Shown here: positions 44,792 through 50,588 of the stretch, in pieces | How the letters are laid out: every line of letters starts with the position of its first letter | How positions within the stretch are numbered: the stretch's first letter is position 1 | DNA from: an uncultured Gammaproteobacteria bacterium | Lineage (GTDB): Bacteria > Patescibacteriota > Patescibacteriia > UBA9934 > GWF2-40-263 | Direction of reading: 5' to 3' | Assembly (NCBI GenBank): GCA_964374035.1 | Contig: CAYJWY010000002.1 | Span: 1 to 50,588, forward strand | DNA length: 50,588 nucleotides | Made by a program: the position numbers and the translations under genes | Notes under the pieces: model-generated | The model's database searches: none | What the model was told of the DNA's origin: nothing | What the model saw: only the letters and a program-made list of their open reading frames with translations

Positions 44792-46360
44792 CTAGGTGGT
44801 CTCGTTGTTGGGCGTGGTGGTCGAGGTCCCGGACGTCGATTCGACCTGGTTGCCGATCCCGCCTGCGTCCGGCTCCGTCGTCTGGACCTTGACGGGGTCG
44901 GTGTAGCCGGCCTTCTCGGCGACCTGGTAGAGCAGGCGCTCGCGCAGGGCGACGTGGAAGCGATTGGCGTGGTTATACTCGCCGATGTGCTTGGCGATCC
45001 ACGCGGAGGCGACATCATTCGGGTTGAGCGTCTCGATCGTGACGTCGAGGCGGTTGCCGGAAAGCAGTTCCTCGATCGTCGGTCGAGCGTATCGACGCAT
45101 CTTCGAGAGCGTGCTGTCGATCGCGTCGTACCAAAGCCGCTCGGCACGCTTGAGCGCGTCCTTGGTGAACGGCCCGAGCTGGGCGCGGATGGCGTCGGGA
45201 TTCATCCCGGGCAGGATGAGCTGTTCGCGGATGGCCCGCATGAAGAGCGGGTTCTTGGAATCGAACGGCTTGCTCAGGCACCTGCGAACGAACCGCTCGG
45301 CCTCCTCGGGGTCGTAGCGCTCGAGCTTCTGGTCGAGGACGTCGAAGGGGTTGACGTTGAAGGTGATCCCGCTCAGATCGACCTTGGTCGACGCGCTCAG
45401 ATCGACCTCGCTTCGCAGGCCCATGTAGACCGCGTCGATGCGATTTTCACGCTCCGTGATCGTGAAGACGCACTCGCCGAAGGGGTAGAACTGCTTCCCC
45501 TTCTTCGCGGCCTCCTTTGAGATTCGATCGACGTCGCTCTCCTTGCAGACCAGGCGTGGAGTCTGAGAGCTCGGGTGGAGAACCACCTGCTTGTCGAAGT
45601 ACGTGTCGATCATGCAGATCGTCGTCCTGTCAAGCTCTCGAATTTTCAGGTAGCGTGGTGCATGGAACATGAGCTGTGTGCCCTGACGTCCGACGCCCCT
45701 TACGATCGGCTCGATTCTAGGCCAGTCCTTGTGAAAGGACTTCGTACGGCGGGCCTGATCGACCATGTTCTGCCAGCGCTGAACCAGCTCGAGGTCGGCG
45801 AGGCCCAGCGGAAGGAACTTGTACGGGCCCTTTCGCTTGGGTGCGTACAGAACGCCGTGGAACGCACCTCCCGAGACCACCGTGTTGTCCGGCAGTCGCT
45901 TGAGGAATTCAATGCCGACGTTCAGCAGAGGCACGATCTCGATCTCTCCGTACTGCTCGTAGCCTTCGACCACCTGTCGCGCAATGGGAGCCATATCTTC
46001 GTAGCCCTCGGTGAAGCGCTTCCTGGGAACGAACGTCACGCTGATGATCAGCGGAATGTTCGTCGGCTCGCCATGGGCGTCGGGAACCATTACTCGGCGA
46101 TTGCGCCAGTGCTCACGCTGACGCTGTGCCTCAGCCTTGACATTGATGCGTCGGCGCCGTGCCTCTTCCGGGGTCGACATGGTGGTCTCTGCCGCCACGC
46201 GGTCGAGATCATTGGCGGTCGAGATCACGGCCGGGGCCGCGTGCCAGACGACCATCTCGCCGGTGGTGACCGGTTCGCTGACGGCGGAGCCTTCCTCTTG
46301 AACGAAGGTGATTCCGAGGCGCCTAATGAGGTCCCCGGGTCCGAACTCTTCACTGGACAT
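44792..46360 (-). CDS. Hypothetical 522-aa protein encoded in the high-GC island (no recognisable family)
   Basis: Longest ORF in the region, with G/C-rich third codon positions. AAGGAG lies 8 nt upstream of the ATG at 46360. The track's extension to 46537 crosses the promoter region. Confidence 0.75.
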   Translation of the reverse strand: MSSEEFGPGDLIRRLGITFVQEEGSAVSEPVTTGEMVVWHAAPAVISTANDLDRVAAETTMSTPEEARRRRINVKAEAQRQREHWRNRRVMVPDAHGEPTNIPLIISVTFVPRKRFTEGYEDMAPIARQVVEGYEQYGEIEIVPLLNVGIEFLKRLPDNTVVSGGAFHGVLYAPKRKGPYKFLPLGLADLELVQRWQNMVDQARRTKSFHKDWPRIEPIVRGVGRQGTQLMFHAPRYLKIRELDRTTICMIDTYFDKQVVLHPSSQTPRLVCKESDVDRISKEAAKKGKQFYPFGECVFTITERENRIDAVYMGLRSEVDLSASTKVDLSGITFNVNPFDVLDQKLERYDPEEAERFVRRCLSKPFDSKNPLFMRAIREQLILPGMNPDAIRAQLGPFTKDALKRAERLWYDAIDSTLSKMRRYARPTIEELLSGNRLDVTIETLNPNDVASAWIAKHIGEYNHANRFHVALRERLLYQVAEKAGYTDPVKVQTTEPDAGGIGNQVESTSGTSTTTPNNETT

Positions 46361-46460
46361 GAAACGTTCTCCTTGCCTTATCCGATGTTGCTGTTTTCTG
46401 TCAAAGCATCTTGAAACTCTCACGCAAAGTCGTGTAGAACGACTCGCACTTGAGTCGTGG

Positions 46461-46489
46461 ACAATACACCAGAAACCTTGAAATGTCAA
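46461..46489 (-). promoter_or_regulatory. Sigma70-type promoter for the 522-aa gene
   Basis: The minus strand reads TTGACA-17 nt-TATTGT. It is followed by the ACGACTC/GAGTCGT hairpin (46439-46458) and AGTCGTG direct repeats in a ~95-nt leader. Confidence 0.5.
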
Positions 46490-46555
46490 GCTGTTCGATG
46501 ATTTTCCAGCCATTCGATCGTGTCGCATCTTTGGCAATTTTCTTGATAATTTTCA

Positions 46556-46584
46556 TTGACAAATTCAGGAAACCGTGCTATTTT
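46556..46584 (+). promoter_or_regulatory. Sigma70-type promoter for the 322-aa gene
   Basis: TTGACA-17 nt-TATTTT, back to back with the minus-strand promoter. Confidence 0.5.
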
Positions 46585-46627
46585 GATCGCTCCAAACCTC
46601 ACCCAAATCGCGTTCAGGAGGACACAA

Positions 46628-47596
46628 ATGGACAGAGTCAGTGCCTTGAAAGCGTTGTTTGGAGACAACGCCAATACGACAGCATCGGCGGAAGCGGTTC
46701 TTGCGCTCGGATCAGATCCACGACCCACCCCCGAGGAGGCCAGGCAACTCGGACAGCTGGGACAAGAAGGTAATCGAATTCTCAACAAGGCATGCGCATT
46801 CGCAGAGCGCCCTGAATTCGAATCCGAAGATATGGAGGGTGGAATCGCGCAGGCGATTCTGATCGATTACGCGGCTGATCTGAGCCGTGTTGAATCGACT
46901 CCGCAAGAGAGACAGGTTGCGCAAACGCCGCTCCTGGCGATTATGGATCCAGAACCGGCTCCGGAATCGAAGCCTCACCCGGATTTCATTACAATCCCTC
47001 AAGAGCTGACGCCGGCAAAGGTGGACTTGAACCATCCACCTCTCGACATCGAAGGAAACAAGGATATGGCTCGATGGAATCGAAAGAGGAGCCAGAGCGA
47101 CTCGGATCAAGATGATCCGGTGCAAAAAAAAGTTGTTGCACAGTTGGCTCAGCCGATCGAAGGTCACAAGGATGACCGTCGGAAACAAGATGAGGTCAAA
47201 GTCAAGCCGCCGCCTCCTCCGCCCAAGCCGCCCGAGACTCGCGAGAGCGATTGTCTGATCACGCCGCAGGGCCACGCGATCATTGTCACGCGCAAGTGGT
47301 ACATCTCGCGCACGGCAACGGAATCGTACTACAGGCGCATTCGCGATGGGCAGGTGGTGGGAGCAACACCCGAGGCACTGCACGCTGGGATGGAGGCCAG
47401 GCGCGTCGTCGCGAGCTGGGAACAAAACCAGAAGGACATCCTCAGTTCTCAAACGTCGAGCGGGACGGACAAGAGCTACGCGACGTACTTTCTGAAGTTG
47501 CTCGACGCGCTCAAGCGTAATCACCTCACGCAGGAGCACTACCGCGAGCTCTTCGTCGACGGAAAGGGGCCACACTCGCCACACGGCAAACAGTAG
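46628..47596 (+). CDS. Hypothetical 322-aa protein, largely low-complexity/acidic, with a PPPPPPKPPE linker and a ~110-aa C-terminal globular-looking region
   Basis: AGGAGG lies 6 nt upstream of the ATG at 46628. The track's start at 46556 is the TTG of the -35 box. Confidence 0.7.
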   Translation: MDRVSALKALFGDNANTTASAEAVLALGSDPRPTPEEARQLGQLGQEGNRILNKACAFAERPEFESEDMEGGIAQAILIDYAADLSRVESTPQERQVAQTPLLAIMDPEPAPESKPHPDFITIPQELTPAKVDLNHPPLDIEGNKDMARWNRKRSQSDSDQDDPVQKKVVAQLAQPIEGHKDDRRKQDEVKVKPPPPPPKPPETRESDCLITPQGHAIIVTRKWYISRTATESYYRRIRDGQVVGATPEALHAGMEARRVVASWEQNQKDILSSQTSSGTDKSYATYFLKLLDALKRNHLTQEHYRELFVDGKGPHSPHGKQ

Positions 47597-47599
47597 GAC

Positions 47600-47626
47600 A
47601 AAAAATCTGGCTCCGGAAACCAGATT
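47600..47626 (-). terminator. Terminator of tatD
   Basis: The minus strand reads AATCTGG-9 nt-CCAGATT followed by TTTTTT. Confidence 0.6.
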
Positions 47627-47630
47627 CTCA

Positions 47631-47660
47631 GCGACACCGAATGTTCGATGTCGCTTTTTT
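47631..47660 (+). terminator. Terminator of the 322-aa island gene
   Basis: GCGACA-12 nt-TGTCGC followed by TTTTTT. The T-run overlaps the tatD stop codon. Confidence 0.6.
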
Positions 47661-48543
47661 ATTTGAGCTGAAAAAGCTGAATGGCATTTTCTGTGGTCTG
47701 TCGCTCCACGTCTTGTAAGGACATGGATTTAATTTCAGCGATTTTTTCGGTAACGTATTTTACATACATCGGCTCGTTGCGCGCACCTCGAAACGGGATT
47801 GGTGTGAGGTACGGTGAATCTGTTTCAACGAGGATGCGCTCGATGGGGAGTTCACGCGCGGCGTATTGCAACGGTGACAGGCCATCGACCAAGACGTCTG
47901 TCTTTCTTGGTGGAAACGTAATGACGCCACTGAAAGAAATGAAAAAACCAAGATCGACAAATCGCTTTGCTTCCTCGTACGTCCCCGAAAAACAATGCAT
48001 CACTCCCCTTTTTGGAAGCATCCCATCGTCGATGAGTTGCGTAAGAAGATCTGCTTGCTCTGCGTACGCATCGCGACAGTGAATAATGATCGGCAGATTT
48101 GTTTCCGTTGCGAGATTTGCGTGCTGAATGAATGTCTCTCGCTGAATTCGGATGACCTCGTCTCGATCGGCCTGTTCTGGAATGCGATAATAGTCGAGAC
48201 CCGTCTCTCCGATGGCCACGCACTTTGGATGTTGTGCTAACGTTTTGAAATATGCGTAATCGAATGATTCTGCTCTCGTATGAATTTGTGGCGTCGCTTG
48301 CGCTTCGGGCGGAAGTTCATCGTCATCGTAAAACGATTGTTGCGTGAGATGATTTGGATGCAGTCCCACCGCCGCCCACAGACCCTCGTAACGCTGAGCG
48401 ACATCGAGGCCGTTTCGACTTGTATCTTTTTGTGTGCCCACCGTAATCATCCGTACGCCGTTTGCAAGTGTACGTCTTATCACGTCATCCATATCCTCTG
48501 TGTATGCGTTGAAATGCACGTGGCAGTGAGTGTCAATCAACAT
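47659..48543 (-). CDS. tatD: TatD-family metal-dependent DNase/hydrolase
   Basis: MLIDTHCHVHF, conserved His/Glu/Asp pattern (GETGLDY, HCRDA, HCFSG, ETDSPYL). metG-tatD synteny. Confidence 0.9.
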   Translation of the reverse strand: MLIDTHCHVHFNAYTEDMDDVIRRTLANGVRMITVGTQKDTSRNGLDVAQRYEGLWAAVGLHPNHLTQQSFYDDDELPPEAQATPQIHTRAESFDYAYFKTLAQHPKCVAIGETGLDYYRIPEQADRDEVIRIQRETFIQHANLATETNLPIIIHCRDAYAEQADLLTQLIDDGMLPKRGVMHCFSGTYEEAKRFVDLGFFISFSGVITFPPRKTDVLVDGLSPLQYAARELPIERILVETDSPYLTPIPFRGARNEPMYVKYVTEKIAEIKSMSLQDVERQTTENAIQLFQLK

Positions 48544-48545
48544 AA

Positions 48546-49073
48546 TTACGATGGCGTGCTCTGCTCAGTCGCTTCCTTTGCAGTCCTGAGCCCCTCTGGA
48601 AGCAGGACTTGCAGTGCGGAAACCATGGCGACTAAATAGTTTGCCACCTCAGAGGTTTGCAGTGCGGCAAGTAATGTATCCTTTGGCAAGACTTGCATGG
48701 CATAAAAAATCACCACACCGATGACCACAAGGCCCTCGACAAGACCAAAAATCGCACCAAGAAATCGATCAATCGTTTTTGCAAACGGAATAAAGGAGAG
48801 GACATCCCAAATCTTTCCAAAAAACCAAAAGAGAATACCTATCAAGCGCGAAATGATAAAAAACACGATGATAAACAAAACGATTCTTCCAAACTGACCC
48901 CCGCCAAACATAAAACCGAAGCGATCAAATACCGGGTCGATGAGGCGTGTGGATAAAAAAATGCCTATCATCGAGCCAATCAGGCTTCCAAGGGTATGAA
49001 CGAATCCAAAGAAAAAACCAAACAATATGAACGCCCCGATGATCACCAAAAGAACGATATCGATGAATCCCAT
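48546..49073 (-). CDS. cvpA: CvpA-family membrane protein
   Basis: MGFIDIVLLVIIGAFILFGFFFGFVHTLGSLIGSMIG and four TM segments. Confidence 0.75.
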   Translation of the reverse strand: MGFIDIVLLVIIGAFILFGFFFGFVHTLGSLIGSMIGIFLSTRLIDPVFDRFGFMFGGGQFGRIVLFIIVFFIISRLIGILFWFFGKIWDVLSFIPFAKTIDRFLGAIFGLVEGLVVIGVVIFYAMQVLPKDTLLAALQTSEVANYLVAMVSALQVLLPEGLRTAKEATEQSTPS

Positions 49074-49075
49074 AC

Positions 49076-50518
49076 TTAGTCACGACGAGGGAAAAGCGGC
49101 TCGCCTGTTTGTATGATTGTACCATAGCGTCGCAGAATTTCCTCGGCTGTTTGTGGAATGATTGGTCTAAGCGATCGGCCGACAAAACGGATCATTTCTG
49201 CGAGTTCTGAGAGAACAGCTTTTGCGCCCACCTCGTCTTCCTTCACGAGTTTGAACGGTGCTTTCTTGTCGACAAGATCATTCGCGCGCGCGACGACCTC
49301 GAACACCTCGTCGACATACGCACGCAAATCGTAGTTGTGCATGTGGTTTTCCATGCGTTGTTCCTTCTCGCTCCAATCGATCTCGAATGCATCGAGACTT
49401 CCCGCAAAGTACTTCACCGACATCGCGGCGACGCGACTCACAAGATTACCAAGTTGGTTCGCGAGTTCCGCGAAGCGTTCTTCCATGCGTGTGTTTGAAA
49501 AGTCCCCGTCACCATGCGAAGGAATCTCGCGCAAGAAAAAGTAACGCACCGCATCAACGCCGTATTCTGAGACGAGGTCTTTTGGGTGAATGACGTTACC
49601 AAGAGACTTGGACATCTTCTCCCCTTCGACGGTGATATAGCCGTGAACGAAAAGCTCGTGCGGCAGTGGGACACCTGCGGACAACAACATCGCGGGCCAA
49701 TAGACGGCGTGGAAACGTATGATTCCTTTGCCGATGACGTGGGCGCGTGTGTCGTTGTCAACCCAAAACTTTTTGTAGAGTTCCGAGTCGTCGGCATAAC
49801 CGAGTCCCGTGATGTAATTCGAAAGCGCATCGAACCAGACATACATCACTTGCGAGTCGTCACCGGGAACAGGAACGCCCCAATGCGCCGCGCGCTCTTG
49901 CGATCGTGAAATCGAAAAGTCCTCGAGTCCGCTTCGAACGAAACTAAGCACTTCGTTCTTGCGCGCCTCGGGAACGATGCGCAGTGTATCACTCTCAATG
50001 AGTTTCTCAAGCTGTGCTTGATAGTTTGATAATTTAAAAAAGTAATTTTTCTCCTCGATCGTCTCGAGTTGCGTCTTGTGCTCAGGACAAATACCATCGG
50101 GCACTTCCTTCGTCGTGTAAAACGATTCACACCCAACGCAGTACAATCCGCGATACGTCTTTTGATAAATATCCTCCGGCTTACACGCGACCCAAAGCTT
50201 CTGCGCGCCGCGCATGTGTCGCTCTTCGCGCGTGCGAATGAAGCCGTCAAACGAAACGTTCAGAACGTTCATCAAACGCTTGAACTCGTCGGTGTGTCGC
50301 AGTACAAACGCATCCACATCCTCCCCCGCTTCCTCAGCGGCCCGAACATTCTTCAGACTATTCTCGTCCGAGCCCGCAAGCATGTACACCTCATCGTTCC
50401 CGAGGCGACCTCGCGCATAACGCGTAATCGCATCCGTAAAAACATACTCCATGGCGTGGCCAATATGCGGATCGCCGTTGACGTACGGAATAGCATTGGT
50501 GATAAAAAATCGTTTCAT
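49076..50518 (-). CDS. metG: Methionine--tRNA ligase (short form)
   Basis: FFITNAIPYVNGDPHIGHA (HIGH), Zn-knuckle-like CVGCESFY...CPEH, and KMSKSLGN. I chose the start at MKRFF (50518). Confidence 0.93.
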   Translation of the reverse strand: MKRFFITNAIPYVNGDPHIGHAMEYVFTDAITRYARGRLGNDEVYMLAGSDENSLKNVRAAEEAGEDVDAFVLRHTDEFKRLMNVLNVSFDGFIRTREERHMRGAQKLWVACKPEDIYQKTYRGLYCVGCESFYTTKEVPDGICPEHKTQLETIEEKNYFFKLSNYQAQLEKLIESDTLRIVPEARKNEVLSFVRSGLEDFSISRSQERAAHWGVPVPGDDSQVMYVWFDALSNYITGLGYADDSELYKKFWVDNDTRAHVIGKGIIRFHAVYWPAMLLSAGVPLPHELFVHGYITVEGEKMSKSLGNVIHPKDLVSEYGVDAVRYFFLREIPSHGDGDFSNTRMEERFAELANQLGNLVSRVAAMSVKYFAGSLDAFEIDWSEKEQRMENHMHNYDLRAYVDEVFEVVARANDLVDKKAPFKLVKEDEVGAKAVLSELAEMIRFVGRSLRPIIPQTAEEILRRYGTIIQTGEPLFPRRD

Positions 50519-50588
50519 AACGGTCTGTTTTGCAGTGGGGGGGGGGCGGGCTGAGGGGTTATCGGACACTGAGAAACCCATACACCCC

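Noticed and set aside
46361-46537. N-terminal extension of the 581-aa track ORF (MPKMRHDRMAGKSS...).
   Set aside because: The extension runs through the AT-richer promoter region and across the predicted -10/-35 boxes. The internal ATG at 46360 has a perfect AAGGAG SD.
44584-47584. Long ORFs 44584-45147(-), 44591-45520(+), 45575-46414(+), 46712-47584(-) and several shorter ones overlapping the two island genes.
   Set aside because: These are typical stop-poor shadow frames of high-GC DNA. Their translations are Arg/Pro/Gly-rich and low-complexity. They lack SD/ATG contexts and overlap the longer ORFs, which have SD sites and G/C-rich third positions.

Overview
This is a gene-dense 50.6 kb bacterial chromosomal segment of roughly 45-55% GC by hand counts. 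All calls come from reading the ORF translations and the DNA by eye; no searches were run.

Most of the window is housekeeping:
- Translation and tRNA/rRNA modification: ABC-F, trhO, rluB-like, rlmN, fmt, def, gltX, lysS, metG, greA.
- Cell envelope and division: mreBCD-mrdA, ftsQ, alr, tagA-like, M23 peptidase.
- Others: clpB, a DEAD-box helicase, a UvrD-type helicase-nuclease, tatD and cvpA.

Host genes mostly lack Shine-Dalgarno sequences. Several look leaderless or have a hairpin plus T-tract directly abutting the ATG. With an ATPase-motif-less PriA and many secreted hypothetical proteins, this suggests a reduced Patescibacteria/CPR-like genome (inference only). I saw no rRNA, tRNA or CRISPR array.

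The main points of interest are:
1. A ~2.9 kb high-GC island (about 44.65-47.6 kb) lies between tatD and the helicase gene. It holds two divergent ORFan genes (522 aa and 322 aa). Both have consensus sigma70-like promoters and strong SD sites, unlike the host genes. This is the best candidate for an undescribed system.
2. A perfect 57-nt palindrome lies next to the island. It is built from three GCAACCWGGTTGC sites spaced 20 bp apart, over the helicase promoter.
3. A REP/RAYT module: a Y1 HUH transposase is flanked by exact inverted 23-nt REPs. A REPIN-like doublet and a singlet occur elsewhere in the window.
4. A slippable AGTGACT-repeat hairpin lies upstream of a DUF721-like gene.
5. A 330-nt gene-free convergent spacer has ncRNA-like structure.
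6. A Lys-rich uORF lies upstream of the ABC-F gene.
7. A FecR / CHASE2-cyclase / P-type ATPase / MscL operon.
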